Shown here: in pieces, positions 50,389 to 59,685 of the stretch | Position numbering within the stretch: the first letter of the stretch is position 1 | How the letters are laid out: every line of letters begins with the position of its first letter | Virus record (IMG/VR): IMGVR_UViG_3300036985_003045 | Reading direction: 5' to 3' (one strand) | Source of the DNA: a virus | Lineage: Duplodnaviria > Caudoviricetes | DNA: 64,000 bases | Made by a program: the position numbers and the translations under genes | Notes under the pieces: generated by a model | The model's input: the letters and a program-made list of their open reading frames with translations, nothing else | Told to the model about the DNA's origin: nothing | The model's database searches: none

Positions 50389-50829
50389 TTAAGCAATTGT
50401 AATAGTCCAATTAATGGAAAGTGTATCAGTACTTGCTTTTGTTATTGCAGGAAAAGTTGTATGAGCTAACATTGTACCACTTGAACTTGCATTAAATAAT
50501 CCTGCTTCTCTTAAAGTGCCAGTACCAGTTCCGCCTGCAAAAGTTGCAGTTGCCTGAACTGTATTACTAGAATTTGTATAAGTTGCTAATGCAACTCTTG
50601 CAATTTCAGTATTTAATGTTAAATCACCAACAGTTGGTGTTGTAGAAACAGAACCAACTGCCATATATGACATTACACCTTGGGAAGTTCCTTGCATTCT
50701 TGCCGCAATATGGTTTTTACCTATTGTAACAATTAAATTTGGTACTTCCATATGTAATTTGACATTTCCCTTTTCGTCTATAAGAGTGATTTCAAGATCA
50801 CCCTTAACTGAAAGTATATCACTAATCAT
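50389..50829 (-). CDS. tail-collar fibre (DUF3751-like) domain protein
   Basis: NLIVTIG...MAVG...EAGLFN....GTMLA...K...DTL.I.W.I. Confidence 0.65.
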   Translation of the reverse strand: MISDILSVKGDLEITLIDEKGNVKLHMEVPNLIVTIGKNHIAARMQGTSQGVMSYMAVGSVSTTPTVGDLTLNTEIARVALATYTNSSNTVQATATFAGGTGTGTLREAGLFNASSSGTMLAHTTFPAITKASTDTLSINWTITIA

Positions 50830-50850
50830 TTATAAAACTCCTAAAATTTA

Positions 50851-53103
50851 TTAAAAAATTGTTTTACCTTCTAAATATTCTGTAGAATCACTGAAATATA
50901 CATCAGGACCGAATATATAAGCATTGTATGCAACATAACCACTATCACTTGGTGTAGTAGTATCCGTTAATGTAGTATTTATTATCTCAGTATAAGCACC
51001 AAATTCAGAAGTTAAACCAAATCCACTTATAGAAACAGTAACATATTTTGATATAGATCCTATACTGGTCAATGCAGAATTTGATACTAATGATTTAGAC
51101 ATAACCATTGAGACAGACGGTATTAAACCTAAACCTGTAGTAATACTTAAACCAATAAGAGACTTAGTTTCTGTCATGGAGGTACTTTCATTACCAAGTG
51201 CCGTAATTAAAGAACTTCCACTTAATTTCATTGTTTGACCGGTATCAAGTAGTCCATCTGATAAAGTTGAACTATTACCGGTCAATCCCTTTATCATGCT
51301 CTTTGATACAGTATTAACACTTAATGTTAAAGACTTCTCAATTAAGATAATATCAATCGCCTGTGAAGGTGCAACTGTATTAACACTTAATGTTAAAGAA
51401 TTGCCGGTGTTATCAATATCAAATTTCTTATCAAGTTGACCAATAGAACTCGTTGCAGATTCGCCGGTATTTGCAATTGTAAAATGCTTTTCTAATAATC
51501 CAATATTTGATGATAGTTGTTTACCAGTTTGAGCAATTTGGAACCATACACCCACTGATTCTTTATATGTAGCAACTTCTCTTCCTATTAACGCAACTTT
51601 AAATTGAACACCATTAGTTCCATCAAGTCGAGTAACCCAGTCATTATTTATAGAAGATGTTACATAAGTAGCATTACCATTTTCATAATTTAATACTTTA
51701 CTTAAATGTAACCAATGACTGTCACTCATTGTAATTTTATCATCAAACTTTAAATTTGAAGATTTAATTACTAGTTGAACAAATTCACTTAAATTAAATT
51801 CATTAGTGATAGAATATTCACCAAATAAAGCATTGCCAGTAGGATGAACTAATGTTTTAACAAATGATTCATATTTACTAAGTTGCTCATCTATTTTAAG
51901 AACATATGCAAACTTTTGAAAATATTTGCTATCTTGAATATAAATATTATCACTAATAAATCCATCATTAGTTTTAAAATATCCTGTGTATTTTGCTTCT
52001 GCTCCTATTGTAATATAAAGAACAGAAATATCTTCCTCATCAATTATAGTACTTGAATATGTTGTAGTGTTATTAAATGTTTGTATAACGTCCCCTACAT
52101 ATAATGCACCTAGTGCAGGAGTTGCTATATCTATATTATAGTTTGGTCTTGTAATAACACCATAATCTATAAACTCATTGGTATTATCTCTAATTGTTGC
52201 ATCCCACGCTACAGGACCTGAGCCAGAGAATGATATTGTAAATGGTAATTGTGTAAAACTAATCTTACGTGCTTGATCTGAAGTTATATACGCATAAAAA
52301 TTAGTTTCATAACCAACACCAAAGGATATAAATTCAGCAGTTTTAACCGCGCCAACACTATCTACAGACTTAATTTTTACAATAGATCCTATACCTTCAC
52401 CAGAACTTATAGGATATACTTGTCCTGATTTAAAACCCTTTCCACCCGAAAATACATTTATTTTAGTAGTTGTATATAATACATCTGCAACAAATTCATT
52501 TTCATAAAATATTTTATTATTTTCAGTTATAGTATTAAAATAATCTTTATCATAAAATAATTCTACTATTTGAGTATCACCACTAATATTAGGATCAATC
52601 GCTTTGAAACTTTTTATTGTTATTAAAAATGTGCTAGTAGATGTTATAACACTAACCTTATTACCTACAATAAGATCTGGGGTGCCTTTTGATATACGTA
52701 CAAATATAGATTTGTCTTGAATCCATTTACCATCTGAAGGAATTAAAACACTATTATATGGATAATCTACAACAACATCTTTTTGAAATAAAATTCTGAA
52801 TAATAATTTGAAAGCTGCTTCTGTACCTTTAGCACGATATAGTTCACGTATATGTTGTAAAAGAAATCTTTCATCTATAGGTAGATTAGGTAGATTAATT
52901 GCAATTTCATGCTTGAAATATTGAATAAATGAATCTAAAGTGTTATCAATATCTTTTAAACTTTTGTAATCTGTGTTTACATTTGCCTCTAGAAATTCAT
53001 AGTATGCTTCCAAAAATGCAACAAATGTCTGGTAATCTCCCCGAATAAATTCAGGAAGTTGCCCAGCTACTAATGATGATAGTTTTGGTTTAATGTCTGA
53101 CAT
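50851..53103 (-). CDS. gp7: baseplate wedge protein gp7-like
   Basis: QLPEFIR...F.EAYYE...YRAKGTE..FKLLFRILF...IQDSKYFQ.F.Y...VHP.G. Confidence 0.8.
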   Translation of the reverse strand: MSDIKPKLSSLVAGQLPEFIRGDYQTFVAFLEAYYEFLEANVNTDYKSLKDIDNTLDSFIQYFKHEIAINLPNLPIDERFLLQHIRELYRAKGTEAAFKLLFRILFQKDVVVDYPYNSVLIPSDGKWIQDKSIFVRISKGTPDLIVGNKVSVITSTSTFLITIKSFKAIDPNISGDTQIVELFYDKDYFNTITENNKIFYENEFVADVLYTTTKINVFSGGKGFKSGQVYPISSGEGIGSIVKIKSVDSVGAVKTAEFISFGVGYETNFYAYITSDQARKISFTQLPFTISFSGSGPVAWDATIRDNTNEFIDYGVITRPNYNIDIATPALGALYVGDVIQTFNNTTTYSSTIIDEEDISVLYITIGAEAKYTGYFKTNDGFISDNIYIQDSKYFQKFAYVLKIDEQLSKYESFVKTLVHPTGNALFGEYSITNEFNLSEFVQLVIKSSNLKFDDKITMSDSHWLHLSKVLNYENGNATYVTSSINNDWVTRLDGTNGVQFKVALIGREVATYKESVGVWFQIAQTGKQLSSNIGLLEKHFTIANTGESATSSIGQLDKKFDIDNTGNSLTLSVNTVAPSQAIDIILIEKSLTLSVNTVSKSMIKGLTGNSSTLSDGLLDTGQTMKLSGSSLITALGNESTSMTETKSLIGLSITTGLGLIPSVSMVMSKSLVSNSALTSIGSISKYVTVSISGFGLTSEFGAYTEIINTTLTDTTTPSDSGYVAYNAYIFGPDVYFSDSTEYLEGKTIF

Positions 53104-54938
53104 TATGTTCTACTCGAAGCAAAGATGTAGTTTGTACCACCGGCAGTGTTACCATTAATTGTTTTATCGGATATTACAGTTACATTAACTTTAGCAGGAT
53201 CAATTTGCACAATTTGAGTATATGCTGAAACTATATCATTAGATTGAGGTTTAATAGAAAGTTCTAAAGTAGAACCTACAATCATTGATATATTTAGATT
53301 GTATATGTTAATAATACCTTTTTTATAATCTACACTTCCTATTTTAGAATTAACTACTGTTCTCACAGTTTTATTATAATAAAATAGAATCATATTACCT
53401 ATACCGTCATCAACAAGATAATATACCTTTGTTGTATCACCTGAAATATAAAATCCTGTACTTAAAATCATATCTTCAGGTACCCCTGAATAATATATTG
53501 GAGTAATTAAACTAACAGTGTATTGAGCAGAAATATTGTACTTGGGATAAATCTTACGGCGTAAAGTTAATGTAGTAATATTATTTAGTATTGACGATTC
53601 AGCATTATCAATTAATTTACTTAATTTAGAATATCTTAAAATTCCTTCAAACTTCTGTAAATCATTTTGATTATAAGTTTCAATTTCATTTTTTATAATA
53701 GTTTGTAATTCAGAAATAGATCTTGTAGTTTCTAACTCATTATAATAAACGGTAACATCTAATTCTACATTAATATATTCGGCATCTACAATTACTGGAG
53801 TAACGGTTGTAACCTTTTTAGGTTTAATAATATTATGTAATAAATAATCTTTTTGTTGTTCAGTTAAGAAATCACCACTTTGAGGTTTAACGCAAATAAA
53901 TATTTTACCATATATTGGAGGAGTTGCATCCTCTCCACCCCAAATAGTAACAGAATCAATATCAGTCATTTCAGAATATATTAATGCTTTATAATCATCA
54001 ATAGTTACTGCTCTATCTTGAGCAGAGTAAACTCTAGGTGCATTAAATTTAATTGAATCTAAATTTTCAGACGCGCTTCCATTAGATGAGTATGCAATAG
54101 TAGTTATACTGGGGATACTAAATCCTGAATATAAAGCATTTCCATTATATGTAAAAACTTTTGCATTATTAGCAGCATCTAAATTTGATACCATATAATC
54201 AATTTCAACCACATTTCCATTTTCTAAAGCAAATCCAATATTTCCATCACCAAAGGTTAATTCATATAAACCATCATCTATTTCTTTTACCCAATATACA
54301 TGTGAAGTACCATTAACATTTAATATTGATTCTGCTAAAGTGTAAACAGTAACATCTGAACTATTAACAGACTTATAACATTTAACAACTATTGAACTAG
54401 TATCTACATTTGCATTTGGTATAATATATCTTGTGCCTGTATCTTTAGTATATTTGTATGTTAATGGAATACCTTCAAATAATTCTACACTAGCAAATTC
54501 GTAAACATTCCTAGTATTTTTTGCAGTACTATAAGCAAATCTATTATAAAATCTATATGATTTATTATTAACTATTGTAGAAAATGGTGAATAAGCAGGT
54601 AATGTAATAAGATTAGGAGATTCATTATCACCTGTAGAAGTCATACTTAACATAGCAGTAGAGCATGTAGCAGACTTTGGTGTATACCCCAAGGTTTTTG
54701 ATAGTGAAACAACACTATTCCTTTTTCTTGCAGAATCCAAAAACATTTCATTAATAGAAAGGTTGTTGTAAATAGCATTATAGTGTGTATTGTATGCTAA
54801 AATATCAAGTAATACAGATAAACCAGAACCATCAAAATCATAATCCTGGAATGTTTCTTGACCTTTTAAAAATTCTTTTAAACTAGTTTTAATTGTATCA
54901 AAATCTAGTTCAGATACATTTATTTTTTTACTTGCCAT
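53103..54938 (-). CDS. gp6: baseplate wedge protein gp6
   Basis: ELDFDTIK..LK.FL...DYDFDGSGLS.LLDILAYNTHY...QDRAVT..DY. Confidence 0.96.
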   Translation of the reverse strand: MASKKINVSELDFDTIKTSLKEFLKGQETFQDYDFDGSGLSVLLDILAYNTHYNAIYNNLSINEMFLDSARKRNSVVSLSKTLGYTPKSATCSTAMLSMTSTGDNESPNLITLPAYSPFSTIVNNKSYRFYNRFAYSTAKNTRNVYEFASVELFEGIPLTYKYTKDTGTRYIIPNANVDTSSIVVKCYKSVNSSDVTVYTLAESILNVNGTSHVYWVKEIDDGLYELTFGDGNIGFALENGNVVEIDYMVSNLDAANNAKVFTYNGNALYSGFSIPSITTIAYSSNGSASENLDSIKFNAPRVYSAQDRAVTIDDYKALIYSEMTDIDSVTIWGGEDATPPIYGKIFICVKPQSGDFLTEQQKDYLLHNIIKPKKVTTVTPVIVDAEYINVELDVTVYYNELETTRSISELQTIIKNEIETYNQNDLQKFEGILRYSKLSKLIDNAESSILNNITTLTLRRKIYPKYNISAQYTVSLITPIYYSGVPEDMILSTGFYISGDTTKVYYLVDDGIGNMILFYYNKTVRTVVNSKIGSVDYKKGIINIYNLNISMIVGSTLELSIKPQSNDIVSAYTQIVQIDPAKVNVTVISDKTINGNTAGGTNYIFASSRT

Positions 54939-55331
54939 TTATCGAGTCCTTTCCAGTACTAAATCTAATTGTATTGGTCTTGTTGTATTTAAAATCGTGA
55001 AATAGATGGAAACATATACTGAATTATTATCAGGAGAAAGAGTCACAGTTATATCATTTAAATTTACTCTTGGTTCATGATTAATAATAAGATCTATTAA
55101 AACTGCTTTTAAAGTGTAGGTTAATAGAGGTGTTGATAAATCAAATAATAATCTATGTACTGGAGAACCCAGTTCAGAATGAAATGGTCTTTCATAGTTT
55201 TGTGTTAAAACTAGATTTTTTACCGATGCTTTAACTGCATTTTCATCATACCTAATAGACACGTCACCTGTATTAGGATTAGCAGTAAAGTTTAAATCTA
55301 AATCTGAAAAAAGCCGAGTATTCCGTGACAT
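54939..55331 (-). CDS. gp25: baseplate wedge / sheath initiator gp25
   Basis: FSDLDLNF...VKNLVLT..YERPFH.ELGS...EPRV. Start moved to the ATG at 55331. Confidence 0.93.
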   Translation of the reverse strand: MSRNTRLFSDLDLNFTANPNTGDVSIRYDENAVKASVKNLVLTQNYERPFHSELGSPVHRLLFDLSTPLLTYTLKAVLIDLIINHEPRVNLNDITVTLSPDNNSVYVSIYFTILNTTRPIQLDLVLERTR

Positions 55332-55372
55332 TTTAATTTCCAATTAATATGTATTATTTATTCACAAAAACA

Positions 55373-55420
55373 GTTTACAAACGTTTACTTTTGTGATATA
55401 CTGGTTATACCAGGTTTTTC
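55373..55420 (+). repeat. 48-bp dispersed repeat, copy B
   Basis: 38 bp perfectly identical to 12128-12165, plus an upstream GTTTACAA. Confidence 0.9.
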
Positions 55421-55607
55421 AAGGATATTGTTTATCCCTTAAGTCTTTATTAATTAAATCATTAACTAATGTTTCAAATGTATAACCACTGGTTAATTTT
55501 ACATACATGTTATCTGCTAGAAAAGAGGCCTTTTTAACAGCATCTTCATAAACTCTTTCATCTACTCTTGGTCTAAAGTAATTTTGGTCTGATATCATAA
55601 TATTCAC
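55419..55607 (-). CDS. hypothetical protein (62 aa)
   Basis: ORF with a late promoter at 55624-55631. Confidence 0.6.
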   Translation of the reverse strand: MNIMISDQNYFRPRVDERVYEDAVKKASFLADNMYVKLTSGYTFETLVNDLINKDLRDKQYP

Positions 55608-55623
55608 CTTTGTTAATCTTTTA

Positions 55624-55635
55624 TATTTATAAATA
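55624..55635. promoter_or_regulatory. palindromic bidirectional late promoter TATTTATAAATA
   Basis: Contains TATAAATA on both strands, between divergent ORFs. Confidence 0.75.
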
Positions 55636-55662
55636 TTATTTTAATAATTGTGAGAACTTAAC

Positions 55663-56229
55663 ATGGCAAATTGTAAAGGCGAATGTAATAAACAACTTCA
55701 AGGTTTAGCGGCAAGATTATCTCATGCCGAAGATAATATTACAAATCATTTTATGGGAGTATCTACCTTAGTAGCAGGATTAGCCGCAAATCCTCTCACA
55801 TTAGGAAGTGTTACTGCCCTTTTGCCTACATATAATAGTTTACCTTCAGGTATGGAGGTACTACAATTATTAAAAGATGCCTTGCCAGATGTAGATGCTT
55901 TAGCTATAAAGAAATTAATGATGTCTGCAAGTGAAGCTGCTATGGATACTCTTGCAGCAACTATGGATGAAGTAGGTGCTGCTATGATTGCAACTGCTAC
56001 TGCCGCTGTGTCAGCCGCTGAAGATGTTGTAACATCAACTGCAGATTCTTTAGCAGCAGCTATACAATCTGGAAATCAAATAGCAATAGATGCTGCACAA
56101 GCTGCCCATAATCTTGCTAATGTTAACTTAGGTACCTCTAAGTTATCCTTTGATTCAGTATCTGGTTTTATTGTAGGCCAAGCTAAAATTTCTAAATGCA
56201 AAACAAAAAGTTTCCTTTTAGGTGATTAA
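55663..56229 (+). CDS. Ala-rich helical hypothetical protein, lone plus-strand gene in the baseplate block
   Basis: 188-aa ORF in an otherwise empty gap, with its own late promoter; its stop abuts the gp5 stop. Confidence 0.75.
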   Translation: MANCKGECNKQLQGLAARLSHAEDNITNHFMGVSTLVAGLAANPLTLGSVTALLPTYNSLPSGMEVLQLLKDALPDVDALAIKKLMMSASEAAMDTLAATMDEVGAAMIATATAAVSAAEDVVTSTADSLAAAIQSGNQIAIDAAQAAHNLANVNLGTSKLSFDSVSGFIVGQAKISKCKTKSFLLGD

Positions 56230-59001
56230 CTATACATAAAAAGTAAGTAAACCATTTGAACCAGAGGCAGGTTTACCGGAAGAATTAACATTCTTATCAT
56301 CAATATAAGTTGTACAAAGTTTCATACTTCCTTTCATTGAATATGATAAATGAATCCATACACTATTGCCTTTGTTTCTATACTCTAATATAACTTGATT
56401 ATAAGGTAAGATCTTTTCTAACTTAACAGCTAATTCATAATGTTCAGTTATATCTCTTGAAGATAATTGAATATCACATGCCTCGCCTTTATTATGAAAA
56501 GATCCTCCAGTTTCATTTCTTAATCCTGAATTGATATTCCATATACCATTAGGATCTTGTTGTCTACTTGGTCCTATTTCAGCATAAACTTTTTCTAATA
56601 TGTTTATACATAATGCTGAAAGGTTTGCAACTAATTGCTGTTTAGAATACACTCCATCTGGTAAAGTAGTATTTTTCAATACTTTACCTTGAGCACTCGT
56701 TAACATACCAAGAGTAAAGTTATCACTTAACTTATAACTAGTTGGGAAGTCTGTCATGTTATTAATTTCAGTAAGTTTTTCGGCAGATAATTGAGTTCCT
56801 GCTCCAGTTCCTCCAGTAGCAGGAGATGAATCACCGGAAGTTCCTGCTTCATTACCATTATTTTCATAATCAGAAGTTCCAACCATACCTACTCTAGCCT
56901 TTTGGCCAGAAGCAGTGTTCCAATCATCTTCTGTTTCAAATTTAAATACTCCATCAGTATGTCTAGCCGGAGGCATCAAATTTGGTCCACCTTGTTGATG
57001 CGCAGAATCTGTAGGAGGTACAACTAATACATGGTTTTCCGAAACACCTGCAGTAGAAAGACTAGTTTTTCTTTCCATAGGTTCACTATATTTTGGATCA
57101 TAAATGTCAGGTTGACTACCACCAAACAAACCAAGTAAACCGGAAGTTAATGGAATTTTATTTAATACTGAATCAACTACAGTTTTAGGTAATGTATTTG
57201 GATTATATGTTCCCATAGGAGTTAAGTAAGTATTAACTAAAGTATTTTCACTACTTCTACCTGATATTTGATTACCGGCAAAATCTACTGGGACCTGTGA
57301 TGTTCCTAATTTAGTTAACGCAGTTATTGAAGGAAATGTAGTACTAGGATTATTATTTTCAATTTTAGGTGCTATCATTCCTATTGTATCTCCTGAACCT
57401 AGAGATATATTACCGGAAGTTTGTAATTGATATGATGCACCTTTCATTTCAATAGTTCTGGCAATATCAAATTTCATTGAATCTGCTTTAATTTCAAAAG
57501 CCTTTTCAGTTTCAAATTTAATACTACTTGACATTTTTAATAATGTTTCAGCAGTAGAGGCAGTATCACCACCTTCTAAACTAATAGATTTTGCAGTTTT
57601 TAATTTTAAGGCATCTGTTGATTCTAATGACATTGTACCTATAGCACGATGGTTTGATGTCTTACCAACTTCTACATTATAATTACCTTCAACTAATACA
57701 TTATAATCGCCACCTACTGCAACATTTAAATCTTGTGCTACACCAATATTAACATTATTATGAAATACCGCATCAACCTGTCCGCATACTTCAAGATTTG
57801 CATCTCCTTGACAAAGGATATTCATTGGACCTGAAACGGTTAAGTTGCATGTTCCTTTAATGAATATATTACCATTGTTTTCAGTAATGTAATATCCATC
57901 ACCTACTATATAATTTACTTGGGAACCATTGGGATCTATTTCAATAAAAGTACCTTTACGATGGTATAAATTAATACGTTCACCTTCAGGACTATCATCA
58001 AATTCTAGAACATGTCCTGATTCAGACTCCATAACTTTGTTGTATGGATAAATGGTATTATATGCAGATTCAGGTTGATCATATGAACCACCATTTGCTA
58101 ATGGTATATTTTTTGCTCTAGTTGCATCTTTAAATTTGACATGTGTATCTTCAATATTACCTCTAGCCAATCTATTAGTATCTGGTTCATTCATGAAATC
58201 ACGTAAAGGATACTTTCCTTCAGGATCACAGAATCCAGTTTTGGAGAAATTACCAGATCTATCTTCTGTATAAGCTTCTCTTCTAGATGCAGGCAAAGCA
58301 TTTATTTCTGCTTGAGTTCTAGTAGGTGTAGTTGATATAGCATCTTTATTAGTAGGCGCTGGAGCAGATTTACCACCTAAAAAATATTCATAATATTTTC
58401 TTTTAGTAGGCCAACCGCCTTTATGTCCACCTACTTTGCCTAATGCTACTTCAAAGAAATTGGGTTCCCATTGTAACTTTTCCCAATCTGAAATATTCAT
58501 TTTAAAATATTCTACAACTGCTTTTGCACCAAATTCAGCAGATTGTTGTATTAATTCAGGTTGATTTATTAAATCAACACCTAATCTACTGCCAATTGCT
58601 TTATAATTACCTTTTAAGGTTAATTGTATATACCCTCTACCATAATATTGACCATCAGCAGGACTAAGTCCTCTTTTAGTACCATAAATAAATCCAAAGA
58701 ATTCTTGTTTAGAATATTTTTCAGGTTTATTATTCCATAGATCTGCTTCTTCTTGTGTAATCTTAGGCCATACTACTCTAATTCTTGTAGCAGAATATAC
58801 GTGATCTTCAGCGGAAGTATGCATCCATTTACTTTCTACGCCGGCAATACCAAGCATAGCACATTTAGCATATTTTGATTTGAATCCACCTTCCTCACAC
58901 GCAGCAATTATTGCCTCAATACCTGCTACAGAACCTTGAGTTGCACCTGATCCAGCAGGAGGAGTTGAAGGTATAGGCGTTTTTTCTATTGCATCTGCCA
59001 T
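56230..59001 (-). CDS. gp5: gp5 C-terminal part: GH19-like muramidase, beta-helix needle and peptidase M15
   Basis: YYGRGYIQLT..NY; YPYNKV.ESESGH..EFDDSP..ERI...HRKGTF; NSGLR...SFHNKGEACDI. Confidence 0.88.
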   Translation of the reverse strand: MADAIEKTPIPSTPPAGSGATQGSVAGIEAIIAACEEGGFKSKYAKCAMLGIAGVESKWMHTSAEDHVYSATRIRVVWPKITQEEADLWNNKPEKYSKQEFFGFIYGTKRGLSPADGQYYGRGYIQLTLKGNYKAIGSRLGVDLINQPELIQQSAEFGAKAVVEYFKMNISDWEKLQWEPNFFEVALGKVGGHKGGWPTKRKYYEYFLGGKSAPAPTNKDAISTTPTRTQAEINALPASRREAYTEDRSGNFSKTGFCDPEGKYPLRDFMNEPDTNRLARGNIEDTHVKFKDATRAKNIPLANGGSYDQPESAYNTIYPYNKVMESESGHVLEFDDSPEGERINLYHRKGTFIEIDPNGSQVNYIVGDGYYITENNGNIFIKGTCNLTVSGPMNILCQGDANLEVCGQVDAVFHNNVNIGVAQDLNVAVGGDYNVLVEGNYNVEVGKTSNHRAIGTMSLESTDALKLKTAKSISLEGGDTASTAETLLKMSSSIKFETEKAFEIKADSMKFDIARTIEMKGASYQLQTSGNISLGSGDTIGMIAPKIENNNPSTTFPSITALTKLGTSQVPVDFAGNQISGRSSENTLVNTYLTPMGTYNPNTLPKTVVDSVLNKIPLTSGLLGLFGGSQPDIYDPKYSEPMERKTSLSTAGVSENHVLVVPPTDSAHQQGGPNLMPPARHTDGVFKFETEDDWNTASGQKARVGMVGTSDYENNGNEAGTSGDSSPATGGTGAGTQLSAEKLTEINNMTDFPTSYKLSDNFTLGMLTSAQGKVLKNTTLPDGVYSKQQLVANLSALCINILEKVYAEIGPSRQQDPNGIWNINSGLRNETGGSFHNKGEACDIQLSSRDITEHYELAVKLEKILPYNQVILEYRNKGNSVWIHLSYSMKGSMKLCTTYIDDKNVNSSGKPASGSNGLLTFYV

Positions 59002-59010
59002 TATAAATCC

Positions 59011-59685
59011 TTAAAAGTTCTTATCAAAATAGGTTGTAATTTCTTCTGTAGTTCCAAATGTTTTAGGATTAACATCTGTAAACGGCAAATATTGTTCTTT
59101 TGTATAATTATCCGGCCGTTTTAATAAGACAGAATATAATTCGGTAGTTTCATCATAAGTTGATGTGGCAATAGGTGTTATATTTGATTTAGGTGTTATA
59201 TTATATGTCGTAGTTCCATTTTCAGATATAGCAGATAATTCATATTTAGTTCCTGTAGATTGTACTATTGATGCGCCTGGAGTTTCATACGCAATTATTG
59301 CATCTACAGCATCAGTTAATATATCTCCCTTTGGGTTAACAAGTTCACCAGTATCATCTGTTGAAATAATATTATTAGTTGCATCATTAATAAATGATAC
59401 AGTTTTAGTACTTGGTATACCACCTATTGTTCCAAGCATTATAGGTTGTTGATTATCAGAATCTAGGAATATACAAATTACCCAAGAACCTGGTACTACT
59501 CCTGTAGGAGACCAACCAAGACCTGATATAGAAGCAGAATTAATAGGCATCATAGGATATGCCCAAGGTAAATCATCAGTCGGTAATACTGTTTTGTCTT
59601 CTGTATGAAGACCTACAATACGAACTTGACATCTACCTAATTTAAGCGGATCAATTCTATTCTCTACACAACCAAGATGAAACAT
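59011..59685 (-). CDS. gp5: gp5 N-terminal OB-fold part
   Basis: GCVENRIDPLKLGRCQVRIVGLH...DLPWA...G.WV...FLD..QQP..LG. Confidence 0.9.
   Translation of the reverse strand: MFHLGCVENRIDPLKLGRCQVRIVGLHTEDKTVLPTDDLPWAYPMMPINSASISGLGWSPTGVVPGSWVICIFLDSDNQQPIMLGTIGGIPSTKTVSFINDATNNIISTDDTGELVNPKGDILTDAVDAIIAYETPGASIVQSTGTKYELSAISENGTTTYNITPKSNITPIATSTYDETTELYSVLLKRPDNYTKEQYLPFTDVNPKTFGTTEEITTYFDKNF

Noticed and set aside
59011-59013. Stop-codon reassignment (TAA recoding) to explain the split gp5
   Set aside because: TAA is the normal terminator for most genes here, and core genes are intact under the standard code.
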